From the NCBI GenBank assembly GCA_051362555.1, contig JBPQGU010000016.1, forward strand, positions 5,828,001 through 5,892,000: DNA of 64,000 nucleotides, written 5' to 3'. Source of the stretch: Lingula anatina. Its lineage: Eukaryota; Animalia; Brachiopoda. Positions 1-13,400 of this stretch are shown here, one piece after another (the stretch's first letter is position 1; each line of letters starts with the position of its first letter). Below the pieces are notes generated by a model. It was given only the letters and a program-made list of their open reading frames with translations. It had not been told where the DNA came from and did not search any database. A program made the translations under genes and the position numbers.

Positions 1-444
1 TTTTTTAAAAGAATGTTGGGTGTAAAAAAGAGCACTTCTGATAACTTAGTTCATTGTACATAACTTAGTATATTATGAAAAGCGGGAGATACCCAGTTCT
101 TTTAAGTATGAAGCTACAATTTTTTTAATATTGATTTAAATCCCCTCTTCGAAAAATTGTATTATAACAGTCTGCTATAAAGATCTACTCAAGAAAAAAA
201 TTTGCTTGGGTAAAATTGAGTACGGAATGAACTGGAGACACTTGGCTTGTCATTAAGATTAGATTTCACGAAAATATGTCAGATAACTTTATACTGTCCT
301 TGAAAGAGTAAAGATTGAAAAATAATTTTAGACAAAGATTTATTAAAAGGCTATTGCACCAAAATCTTGTTGAAAATTTTACACTGCAATTCTATTTAAA
401 TATGCTTAGGAACTAATTGCCAAATTTAGACTTTCATCACATAA
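1..444 (+). mobile_element. Decayed non-LTR retrotransposon fragment (CR1/L2/Crack-group ORF2 region after the RT domain)
   Basis: Frameshifted pieces translate as LKRMLGVKKSTSDNLV (near 5-55), WVK..VRNELETLGLS (near 206-252) and LIAKFRLSSH (near 413-442). They occur in the order typical of the C-terminal region of L2/Crack-like LINE ORF2. The fragment ends at the CAGGGGCG element at 445. Confidence 0.65.
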
Positions 445-2140
445 CAGGGGCGTAACCAGACCTGCAAAAATTGTACGCACAGATTTTAAAAAATTCCGAG
501 CACGTACAGCAAAATGTAGACTAACCCAAAACATGAAGGACAGCGTAATCACAGCAAATGTACCACATATATATGTGGTATATAATAGCTTAATTTCCAT
601 TAATAATAAAATCATCATTTAAGTCAAAAATATTCTCGCGATTTAATAAATATTCTAATTTACCCAGAATGGTATATTTATTTAAAAGGAGGCTAACTGA
701 ATTATAGTTTTATTATTTGTTTGTGAAAATTGCTCATGTCACCCTGTTAGTTTGGAGGTCTAAGCTTGATCAAGTCTGTGTTAAAATTCCTATGAAGCTG
801 TGCAAGAAAAATTCTTCCTCTGTTTCTCTAGCTCCTCAATAACAGGGGCGTAACCAGACCTTTAAAAATTGTACGCACAGATTTTTAAAATTCCCAGCAA
901 AATGTAGACTAATGCAAGAGATGATGATCGAAGGACAGCGTAATTACAGCATATGTAGGGCCTACCACACATCGCAGCTTAATTTCCATTTTAATGGAAT
1001 ATAAAAATAATAAAATCATCATTTAGTCAGAAATATTCTCGCAATTAAAAAAGTTTCAATATTCTTATTACCCAGAACGGTATATTTATTTAAAAGGAGG
1101 CTAGCTTCGCATATGTGGAACCCCTTCGAATAATCCTGGATCCACCTCTGAGTTGAACTAACATACGGTTTCATTCACCTTACATGTGGATGCATGGCTC
1201 CCAAAAACAACCAACGACAGAGCTCTGATACATCTAAGTTTAATTATTTGTTTGTAAAAATTGCCCATGTCACCCTGTTAGTTTGGAGGGGTAAGCTGGG
1301 TCAAGTCCATGTCAAAATTCTTTGAAGCTTTGCAGGAAAAATTCTTCCTTTGTTTCTCTAGCTCCTTCTTTAACCTGGTGTCCAGATTTTATCTAGTGCC
1401 CCCAGGGTTGCGGGAGCTGCTCTTCGAAAATAACACTCAGGCAGATTTTTACCTGAGATAAATATCGCCAGCGAGAATGCGTTCAAGAAAGAGGGTACAG
1501 AAGAGTTGAGGGCCACTGAACCTTTCAATTAACAGGTAAAGGAAGTTCCAGTTAGATGGACGATTAAGATAGGACTTGTTAAGGTTACGGGCATTGTTTA
1601 CCTCAGTTTCCAAGACGGGGGAGGAGGGGGGGTCAGAACAATAGTGCCTATACAATTGATACAGAGGGTTTGTACATACAGGTGACTTTAATAAGCAGAG
1701 GATTTTCTTTTGTATTCCGTGAAAAATACACTAAATTTATATAAAATAATAACATTTTTTTATACAACGTTTATTCAAAAGAATGAAGTGGAGGCAAGGC
1801 GCTGGAAGCATTATATGCTAATAATATCATGGTTGGCCAAAAAAATTGTACGCACAGTGCATCCGTGCATATGCCTAGTTACGCCCATGAATAAACCTGG
1901 TGTTCAGATTTTATCTAGTACCCCCAGGTCTGCGGGAGCTGCTCTTTGAAACAAATGCACAGGTAGATTTTTACCTGAGATTAATATCGCCAGCGAGAGT
2001 GCATTTGATAATCGCAAGACAAAGGCTACAGGAGAATTGAATGCAGTTTAACCCTCTAATTAAGAGGTAAAGGAAGTTCCAGTTAGATGGATGATTAAGA
2101 CAGGACTTGTAAAGGTATCAGGCATTGTTTACCTCAGTTT
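445..2140. repeat. Nested or duplicated repeat complex containing a CAGGGGCGTAAC...GTTACGCCCATG inverted-terminus element (843-1889)
   Basis: 445-695 resembles 843-1103, 710-838 resembles 1241-1365, and 1372-1610 resembles 1895-2140. The element at 843-1889 has inverted ends and is flanked by aataa on both sides (838-842 and 1890-1894). Confidence 0.75.
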
Positions 2141-4468
2141 AATAAAATTATGCAAGACGAGGTGTCAGCGGTTTAATAAAATAAATTGAATTTCACAAAT
2201 AACATGGACCTCATATGGAATAATCAACAGTACCCTTAACATTCAAATGCAGTGTTTTATACAACTTGGGATAACCATAATTAAATGCTTGTTAAAGAAT
2301 TGAGTAGACAGGAAATGGTTTTACATAGCTTCACTAGGATTTAGACCCCTCAGGTAAGAGATTTGAATGAGTATAAACTTTTCTCAGAAGCCAGAAAAGT
2401 CATCTTACAGGTAGACAATTAATGCAGCTGAGTTTGACAGCTCTGCCGGTGGCACGATTGTCGTCATAGGACCACGTGACCACATAGCTCATTAACTCGC
2501 AGGCTAAGCAAAAAGGACGTTTTTTAGAGTCCAAAATTTACCAAATGAGCTTTAACTTTGTGTCTTTGGATAAAGATATCGTTAGTTGGGCATGTTTTCT
2601 GAAGAATATGCTCCGTTCAGGCCATTCCGACGGCATGACACATATCCTTTAAGAACCATACTGCCTGCCTGACAATATCTGTCTTAGCTTGTTTCACTAA
2701 ACCAATGGATGCTTTTCTGGACCTACCTTCAAAATACTTGAGGAATCAACAGCAAGAACAGCAACCAGTAGGAGCAGACTTATCAGCTTAATGGATGCCA
2801 TTGTTTCAAAGTCTGACTTGCCAAGATTTCTAAAACAAGTGAATTAACAAAACTAAAAAATTAACAACTAGTATGAGATATAAACTAATTAAGTCCATTT
2901 TAAAAGAAATAATCAGGGTTCTCTTTTACAGCTAATTACATCTACCACAGCTTTAACACGTTTATAAGTAATAATAATAATGATAAGAAGTAGAATACAT
3001 TTATTATAACTCAAGTCAATTGAGTTGTACATTTAAAAGCAGAGAATACCTAGCTGATATTAAATATTTATGCCTGGTCTTTATGGATCTCTACAGTCAT
3101 GAATAGTCCTTATCTCAGTAGGGAAAATACAAAGCAATGTGGTGCTACAAAGCTGTTACACATGTAGCTCTTGGACTAATATCAATTACAATAAATAGCA
3201 CTACTACATGTAGCAATTGCAAGGAGACAAAGCCATTTTCATAATAGATATAATGATAAAATATCATCCCCCAAATGTTATTGAACAGTCCATGCCTTAC
3301 CAGTTTTCTGTCCTACAGTTCTTAGGAGATTTGTGCCTTGACTGATGTGTGGCATTTCTCGGAGGGTGGTGTATTTAAATACAATCACATTAAAATGTAT
3401 TCCAGATAAAGTTTCTTTGTCATGCACTGTTGTCCCCTATTCCTCATGTTATCAATCCTATTTTACCTGCAGGTTTAAAAGCCCACCTTTATCTAAGAAA
3501 ATGTAAGTGCCAAACTACATCTTCATATGGACTGCCAAGAAAAGAATGTTATACTGCTATCATTTTTCTGCTGGTATGTTACATCATCATAATCTTTTTC
3601 AAAAAGCAACACTAGTCTTTAGTTGCCAGAATTGTTTTATTGTTATTATTATTATTATTATTAAATTAAATCAAACTTACGCAACATCACAACAACCAAG
3701 AAACACCCAGGGACCAACCTGTGTACTGTGGTGACCAATCAATGGTCATCTAGACCTCCCTGCATGACGAGGAAAGGCTGTAACACCCTTCCCGGCTTTT
3801 GCAGTGAAGGCTTCCTGTACCCCGTAGAGAACGAACAACAAGGAGAGACTGTAACATCCTAAACACACTGCCAATCAACAGTCAACTCAGCCTCGATCTC
3901 CACACGGCAAGGAGAGACCACAACACTTTGCCCGGCTTCCACAGAAGATAATACCTGGTCGCAGTAAATGTCAATCTCCAACACCCCTTCCTCGGTCCAC
4001 TCCTAGCTGTTTCTTTCACAAAAACGATTCTGGTTTCTCAGAATCATTTTTGAAAAATGATGATCATTTCATGTTACCAGGTTCGTTTTTAAAAATGTCA
4101 CTAGTTTCTGGTTGCCAGGTTTGTTTTTGAAAAAAAAAAACTGGAAACTGTACATTAGACACTAGCTTCAGTGCTTCACCAACAAAATTAGTATAGATTA
4201 CATGTTTGATGAATTTTTTATCATTATAAAATTTTATATCTAATCATTTTTTTTTTTTTGTTTGTTTTTTTTTATATACAGTAGATTACATTTCTTAAGA
4301 TTGCATGATGTTTTTATGTTTGGAATTTTGCTGTACTAGTAGTATATAAGGGTACTATTAAGTATTACTTTGTATTCTGGCTTTTTAGGCAAATTTATTT
4401 TGAAGTATAGTATCACACGTTATTTACTTTAAAAGAATGAAAATGAGATATGCTTATTTTACATAAAG

Positions 4469-7400
4469 GCTTTAACGGGACCCTCTGTGACCATAATATA
4501 GATGACTGTGCTGTGAACCCCTGCGCCAATGCTGTACAGTGTATAGATGGCACTAATGACTTCCTGTGCATCTGCTCACCAGGATGGGCCGGAAAGACAT
4601 GTCACATTAATGTTGATGAATGTGTCAGCCTCCCCTGTCTTAACGGTGGAACATGTCATGATCTGGTCAGTGAATACAGGTAAGGTGTTACCATCATCAT
4701 TCTAAGGACATCTTATATGTATGCAGTCATTAAATACTAAAATGATATTCTGAAGAAGATAATGTAGGAAAGAAAACCCTTTTTAAATGATTAAGTTACA
4801 GTTTATATATACAGTTTTTGAATATAAGAAATATGAAGATAAATATCTTCTGCTTAATGTTGTGGATAATACAAAACTCAAAACAGAATGTATGTTGCTC
4901 TTGCGAAATGCATGATTATTTTCAACGATTAATATCTCAATATCAATTCAGTGTTGTTTCCTATTATATCTGGTAATTCATATTAATATTCATTGATGAA
5001 ATTAGCTGTAAACAATAATGAACATTAACTGCTCCAGCTGTTCAGGGTGGATATTTACAGCCACATTATAATTCTTAATTCATAATAATGTTCTTCTAAT
5101 GTATTTGAGGACAGATGTTCCTGTCTTGCTGGCTACTCTGGCTCTGAGTGTGAAGAGAATATTAATGAGTGTTCCAGCAGTCCTTGTCTGAACAATGGCA
5201 CCTGTCTGGATAGAGTGAACAGCTACACCTGTATCTGCCCTCCAGGTATAAACTTACTCAGACACACTCCCACTTGTTGGGCTTGATTAGCATGATATGT
5301 AACAATTGCCATTACATTTTTCATTTATTTACCTCAAAGCTAAACTTAATCTTTAGTTTAAAAAAATTAAATGATAAACTTCTAATCAGTGCTATGGGTC
5401 TGCTCTGGGTACCCCCTGGAGGCTCAACACAATCATCTTGCCATTGATCTGGTTGCAGGATTCAATGGTTCTCTGTGTGGACACAACATAGATGAGTGTG
5501 CATCCCAGCCATGCATGTACAATGGAGCATGCACAGATCTGACAGACAACTACATGTGCATGTGCACACCAGGCTACATGGGCAGAAATTGCGAACATGA
5601 TATCAATGAATGCCTGAGTGGGCCGTGTCATAACAATGGCAGCTGTGTTGACTTGGTGGATGGCTACTCCTGTGTCTGTCAGTCAGGGTATACTGATATC
5701 CACTGCACTACTAATATTGATGAGTGTCACAGTAACCCTTGTCTAAATGATGGTAGGTGAAGAAAAATATGTAACTTTTAATAAACTGCCAATAAGTAAT
5801 TATATGTAGCTGCATGTTTCTACTTTACAGTTAAAGTAATTTAATTTCTTCTGCAAAGACCTAGCTAGCTATTATAAGTATTCTCCTTGCATTATGTGTA
5901 TATTTTTGTGTACTCTCTAAAGATTTTCTTTTCTGAATTTTAATTTTATTTTATAACAACAATTGAAAAACTGGAAAGAAGGTTATTTGTGTTTTAACCT
6001 TTGGATACTAGTGCATGTATCTTAATTAATACTCAGTATACTTTGATCATTCTCTTTTATGATCAGTTCAGTTTAACTTGTGATTACTTAATATTACAAA
6101 ATCTGTCTTAAACAAAAAGCTTCCTGCGTTGATGGTGTGGCTGGTTACAGTTGCCTGTGCAGACCTGGATTCTCAGGAATCCTTTGTGAACAAAATATAG
6201 ACGAATGTCAATCATCTCCCTGTATCCATGGCAACTGCTCAGATCTGACCAATGGCTTCAACTGCAGGTAAAGTAAAATAGGCAGGTGCAAAATAACAAC
6301 TTTAATTTCTTAAAAAGGTTCATTAGTCTGGTAGATACATGAATTATTGAATTGATAATTGCACAGGCAATGCTTTCCTACTGTCAAATTTTGAACAACT
6401 GAAAGTTAAATTTCCTCTTTCACTTTAATATTCCACCTACCAATACAAAAATATATTGAGAAAAATGATCAATGACGGATATGAAAAATGTAAAGTTTGA
6501 GACCTGAGAGTTCTGCTGTTTCAGTTGTTATCCAGGCTACACTGGCAGTGTATGTAGTGTAGATATTAATGAATGTCTCTATTTCAGTTGTTATCCAGGC
6601 TACACTGGCAGTGTATGTAGTGTAGATATTAATGAATGTCTCTATTTCAGTTGTTATCCAGGCTACACTGGCAGAGTATGTAGTGTAGATATTAATGAAT
6701 GTCTCTATTTCAGTTGTTATCCAGGCTTCACTGGCAGTGTATGTAGTGTAGATATAAATGAATGTCTCAGTCAACCCTGTCTCTATTTCAGCTGTTATCC
6801 AGGCTACACTGACAGAGTATGTAGTGTAGATATTAATGAATGTCTCAGTCAACCCTGTCACTATTTCAGTTGTTATCCAGGCTACACTGGCAGAGTATGT
6901 AGTGTAGATATTAATGAATGTCTCTATTTCAGTTGTTATCCAGGCTACACTGGCAGAGTACGTAGTGTAGATATTGATGAATGTCTCAGTCAACCCTGTC
7001 TCTATTTCAGTTGTTATCCAGGCTACACTGGCAGAGTATGTAGTGTAGATATTAATGAATGTCTCTATTTCAGTTGTTATCCAGGCTTCACTGGCAGAGT
7101 ATGTAGTGTAGATATTAATGAATGTCTCTATTTCAGTTGTTATCCAGGCTACACTGGCAGAGTATGTAGTGTAGATATTAATGAATGTCTCTATTTCAGT
7201 TGTTATCCAGGCTTCACTGGCAGAGTATGTAGTGTAGATATTAATGAATGTCTCTATTTCAGTTGTTATCCAGGCTACACTGGCAGAGTATGTAGTGTAG
7301 ATATTAATGAATGTCTCTATTTCAGTTGTTATCCAGGCTACACTGGCAGAGTATGTAGTGTAGATATTAATGAATGTCTCTATTTTAGTTGTTATCCAGG

Positions 7401-10400
7401 CTTCACTGGCAGAGTATGTAGTGTAGATATTAATGAATGTCTCTATTTCAGTTGTTATCCAGGCTACACTGGCAGAGTATGTAGTGTAGATATTAATGAA
7501 TGTCTCAATTTCAGTTGTTATCCAGGCTTCACTGGCAGAGTATGTAGTGTAGATATTAATGAATGTCTCTATTTCAGTTGTTATCCAGGCTACACTGGCA
7601 GAGTATGTAGTGTAGATATTAATGAATTTCTCTATTTCAGTTGTTATCCAGGCTACACTGGCAGAGTATGTAGTGTAGATATTAATGAATGTCTCTATTT
7701 CAGTTGTTATCCAGGCTACACTGGCAGAGTATGTAGTGTAGATATTAATGAATGTCTCTATTTCAGTTGTTATCCAGGCTACACTGGCAGAGTATGTAGT
7801 GTAGATATTAATGAATGTCTCAGTCAACCCTGTCTTCATGGTGGCACCTGTCATGACCTGGTAAATGGTCATCAGTGTCTGTGTCTGCAGGGATATACTG
7901 GAGAGATGTGTCAGGTTGGTTTCCTGTACTTAAAGATAACTTTGTACTTTATAAATCATGATTTTAAGCAAAAGCAGGTTTATATTTCAAGATTTCAAGG
8001 AAATGAGAAAAAAAGTTATTCACCTTGAGAATGTCACAGGTCTCCTGGGAAGACAAGATCTGTTAGTCTCAATTTTATGTGGAAATGGATCAGTTGTTCC
8101 ATTTTAGAGTGCTTAATGATTCAGAGAGAATGATGCAGTGTTTGATGTTTGTTTTAAAAACTGCTTCACTTTTAAATGGGTTTAAGTTGTGATAATTCCA
8201 ATAGGTTTGATCTTACTTTTAGCATACCGTAGCCCATTGTCTTGCTAATTTGTTCTCACATTTAATCCAGACCAACATCAACGAGTGTGACAGTCACCCA
8301 TGCACTAACAACGGCAGCTGTATAGACCAGGTCAATGGCTTCTGTTGTCTCTGCGTAGACGGTTTCACAGGAGACAACTGTGCAGTCAATATAGATGAGT
8401 GTGCATCAAGTCCTTGTGAACACGGAGGCACATGTGCAGATGATATTGCGGGGTACCACTGCACATGCACACACGGCTACACAGGACCAACATGCAGAGT
8501 TGATGTTGACGAATGTGTGTCTGCGCCGTGTGAAAATGGCGGAAGCTGTGTTGATGGAATTGGGGAGTTCTGGTGTAACTGTACTGCAGGTATATGATAT
8601 TGAATATTAAGTTAGGAGAGTAGGGGTCAGTAAGTAACAATCATTTGTAACTACCTTTTAACTAAACATGCTTGCATGTCTAGTAATTGTCTGGCAAGTG
8701 CAGATCCAGTTCATGTTTCAGAAAATTGAACAGACTGGATGCAAAAGTTCCATAAGATATAATTATTCTAGTGAAGTTTGAAAAACAGCAAAGTCAATAT
8801 TTTCTACTCATTTGTCAAAACCATCATATCTATCTTTGCATTCTGAAAAGTTAATTACTTACTTACTTATCCCTACCTTCCCTGTTGGGAAATATGGCCA
8901 CAAAAAGTTAATTGCCATGTGCACGCACTCCAGCACTGTACATGGAGAACTTAAATGAACTCATTATCTTAAATGAAATAATTTCAGGATTTTCTGGAAG
9001 ATATTGTGAGCAGAATGTGAATGAGTGTGCCAGCTCTCCGTGTGATAACAGAGCTACATGTGTGGACTTGGTGAACAGGTACAACTGCAGCTGCAGGGAG
9101 GGGTTTACAGGTATATAATTATATATAGTCTTAAAGGGTGTTTTCAATAATATGAATACAACTTAAAATATCAAATGTACTAGTATATTTAAAAAATAGT
9201 AAATATTTCTTCGTGGTTGAATACAGACAAGAATGGGCAGCTATACATGTAGGTGTTGGTACTGGTAGAACTATGTGTACATTATTTGTGTTATAGTCTA
9301 CACCTGTAGGATTACAAAGTACACCTGACATATTATGGATCCAAGTCTGTCTCAAAAGTTCTTCACAATCTCAAAGAATACATTAATTGGCAGGTGTCCG
9401 CTGTGAGATCAATATTGATGACTGCAGTCCATCTCAATGTCAGAATAATGGGACATGTCAAGACAGCGTAGCAGACTTCCTGTGTATCTGCCCACCTGGA
9501 TACCATGGCAAGACATGTGCAAACAACACCAACGACTGCGTGCCTTGGCCATGCATGAACAGTGCTACCTGCTACGACCTGGTCCAGGATTACCAGTGTG
9601 TGTGTGTGGAAGGTTTCGCTGGTAAAGACTGTGAAGAGAATATCAATGAGTGTGAAAGCAATCCTTGTCAGTCTGAAGGGACTTGTCTTGATGGCGTGGC
9701 AAGGTACCGCTGTGTTTGTGTTGATGGTAGGTATAATATTACAATGTGATTGGAGTAATCTTTTATAGTAGAGGGCTATGATATACTTTAAGATTACAGT
9801 TGAACTTTTAACAGGTTTCAACAGCCAGGAGCTATAGGCACCAGGAATGATACAGTGTATATAAGGGACCATTCCCAAAGACACATCTGACTAGGTGTGT
9901 AATTGGCTTAACTGATTGACACCCCTCCACAAGAAGCTATAAGGGGGTAATTGCTACAATGGGGCATCTCATCACATGTCATGGTATACATTTCATGGTT
10001 TCAGGCTACACTGGACCACACTGTGAAGTTAACATCAATGAATGTTCCTCCAGTCCCTGCTACCACAATGGAACTTGTCATGACCTGGTGAACGGCTTCC
10101 ACTGCACCTGTGCCCCAGGGTATGCTGGGAAGACCTGTAGTGTTGATATAGACGAGTGCGTTTCTTCTCCCTGTCAACATGACAGCAGTTGTGTGGATAT
10201 TGTGGATGGATACAGGTAAGATGATATGATATGACAATTTTAATGTCTGTTTTTTAGAATTTTTATGTCCTATAAGTTATCTTAATCATGCAAAAGTTTA
10301 TGGCATGCAAACAGAATGATTTTGAATTGTCAGAAATACAACTGGATATTTTTATTACTAATATAAAAATTAAATTTGAAGGACAGGCTGATTTTAAGGA

Positions 10401-13400
10401 ATTTCACTAAATCTCAGGTACTTCTATTTCTGTAGAATGAATTTTATTTTTTTTCCCTGGCAGCCGAGAGCTGGATTTATAGTTTATATGAATTATATCT
10501 TTTATTATATTTTCTACAATACTCTAGATGCCTGTGTTCTGCTGGGTTCACAGGAACAAACTGTGAACAAAACATTGATGATTGTGAAAACCTGCCATGC
10601 CATAATAATGGCACATGTATAGACCTGGTCGATGATTTCAACTGTTCATGTGCTGCTGGCTACACTGGGGACACGTGTGAAGTAGACATCGATGAGTGTG
10701 AGGAGAATCCATGTGTAGAGGGCAGCACTTGCATGGACGCTGTGGCTGGTTACTCTTGTGTCTGCCTGCCAGGTATGTAGATGGCAGCACCTGTAGGGAT
10801 GCTGTGGTTGGTTACTCTTGTGTCTGTCTGCCAGGTATAGAAAGCTGAATGCAATATTATTTGGGTGCTTGCCAAATAGGCACACTTTTTGTCATGTTGA
10901 TATCACATTGACAATGACATTTTAATGTTGAAAACACCATATGATGAATAGTGATGATTGCTTATTAGTGTTAGTAGTTACTGTAATGCTAAGGATGCCA
11001 CTTATTATGATTAATTCCTTATTATCAACAGCTGAACCAATAGAAGAATAGTGAATAATTTTAAAAAGCAAATAATAAAAGATAAAAAAATATCAGAAAT
11101 ATATGACATTGTTTAAGTCTCATATGCATGTATCAGTTCACAGTGCATACATATGAAATAAAAATGTCACAATACATATAAGTCTGCCTTCAGCCACACT
11201 TATACTGATCTTTTAAACAGATATTTTACAATTACCATAGATCTCATTATTGGTGATAATGAGCACCAGACAGCCCATTGTATTCATATTTTAGGTTACA
11301 TTGGCCAAAACTGCAGTCTGAACATAGACGAGTGCCAGAGTGCCCCATGTCACGGCAACTCCACCTGTGAGGACGCAGTGAATGGGTACACCTGTCATTG
11401 TACCCTGGGGATGACTGGGCCACTCTGTGAGGTGGATATTGATGACTGTCAGGGAGAACCGTGTGGTAATCAGGGTACCTGTGTGGACATGTTGAATGGG
11501 TTCAGGTAAAAATGTTTGCATGGTCATTTTTGTTTTAATTTTGTTAAAGTCACATGATAAGTGTTACTTTTAGTCACTCTCATAATGTACAAGAAGACTG
11601 GCAAATATCATTTGTGACTATGAAAAGTCCTAGATTGCACATTTCTAAATGATAATGGATAAAGTATACATTGGTGATAAATCTTAGAAAACTGCAGATT
11701 TTTTTATGTCAAAGAAGAGAGTTGAAGAAGTGTTTTTTGCAGTATGAAGGTCTATGTAGTGGGTGTGATATATATTTTTAGGCAATAATGCCCTATCTTC
11801 GTTAAGTCAAAAGGAAAAATTTTAATGTATTTTTCACATCATTCTGGTTTCCCAACCTAAATTTATTAAATAAAATGCCATCATTAATTGAATTTTAATC
11901 TCTTACTGCTACATATACATGTAATAATTTGAAAGGTGTTTTAGCTAGGGCACATAGCAGTATGAATAATATGAAAATGGCTTTTAAAAAATATTTAAAT
12001 CAATTCAAAATTATAAGTGTTTACTCTGAGTGATTTGAAAAATATTGCTCAGCTACATATGGTCATAAATAGTTTAATAATTTCATGAATTTGCAAAAAC
12101 ATCAAGTTTATCTTCTATTATGATCTCCAGATGTGAATGTACAGCAGGGTATGGCGGAGACGATTGTCAGACAAATCTAGATGACTGTGGAGAGAATCCT
12201 TGTGCTGAGAACAGCACATGTCTGGACAGAATCAACGACTACATGTGCATGTGTGCACCAGGGTTCACAGGGAAGAACTGTCAAGTCAACATTGATGAGT
12301 GTGCGTCTGATCCTTGTATGTATGGCGGGCATTGTGTGGATGGCGTCAATGGATATATGTGTCTCTGCAGTACTGGATACACTGGTAAGAAAACCTTTTT
12401 TTATCTTTTTTTCTTGAGATTGTTAATTGTAGGCCCTTTTCTTTATTTAAGCTGTTTTTCAAGATCAAATACTTGTATGGTATGAGACAATCTTTTGAAG
12501 CTTTACAAAGGAAACCATGTACAAGAATTAATTGAGTTTTGTAAGTTGATGGTTTGACAACCCTGACATTTTGAAATTGTTTTTTCTTTTTCATCTGAGG
12601 CTTTTGTATCTGTGGTCTTCATTTCAGGTGTTGTATGTGAAGAGATGATAGACTACTGTATTTCCCAGCCATGTCGGAACAATGCTAGTTGTATTCCTTT
12701 GATATCTGCATTCAGGTGTCAGTGTCTATCAGGTATTTATGTCAGCTGTCTTTTTACCCCTCTCTCTGGCAGTGGAGATGGGCAGGGGCAGATTGTGGCC
12801 AACTTCTTGGTCTTCTGGGAGACGGTCAGATTTTCAAGTTTACATTGACGAGTATCTAATTTTTTCTGTTGGAAGACAATCAAAATTGGAAGATGGATCA
12901 ACAAAGATTATTTCTGTCAGAAAATATCTCTGGATCCCTTCCTGATAGGAGTGGGTGAACTGGGACGTTGAACTCATCAAACAACAGTTATGGTTTCATG
13001 CAATCCTAGACTGGGGGGGTCATTTAGTGATTTTTTTTGAAAATTTTATATTATTAGAAGGGTACTAATACTTAATAGAAAAGGGAATTAATGGTATTTT
13101 CTACCTCTTACTATTTTGGGGCTAAACTTCCAATAAGTTTTTCTTTTTTTAGGTGATTTTTTTTAAATCACACTTTTTACAGAAAATTTTTATCGAAATT
13201 AATATTAGATATGTAAGTTCTCTTATAACTTCCTTTTATGGTTACATCTAGGTTCCAGATTTTTATTTTCTTTTTAAAGTTTTTTAGCAAAACTTTCAAT
13301 AATTTATGCGTGTGAAAATGGGAGATAATCTATAAGAGTTTTTCAAATACTTGCATGGCTTCAAAATTATGTTTCTCATGCATAATTCAGTATGAAATTG

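Noticed and set aside
2427-2652. Possible TTAA-type MITE end (atatcctttaa)
   Set aside because: Only one terminus is recognisable and no matching ttaaagg partner was found.
3670-4010. GC-richer block with internal repeats (possible LTR or SINE remnant)
   Set aside because: No termini, TSD or coding motif could be identified, so it cannot be classified without a repeat library.
6525-7766. CRISPR-like regular array
   Set aside because: There are no unique spacers, the units are head-to-tail exon copies, the context is eukaryotic and no cas genes are present.
6469-7872. 467-aa minus-strand ORF with [21 protein letters not shown] repeats
   Set aside because: It is the antisense shadow of the 63-bp EGF-derived array. 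A stop-free unit whose length is a multiple of 3 gives a long ORF automatically, and there is no independent gene evidence.
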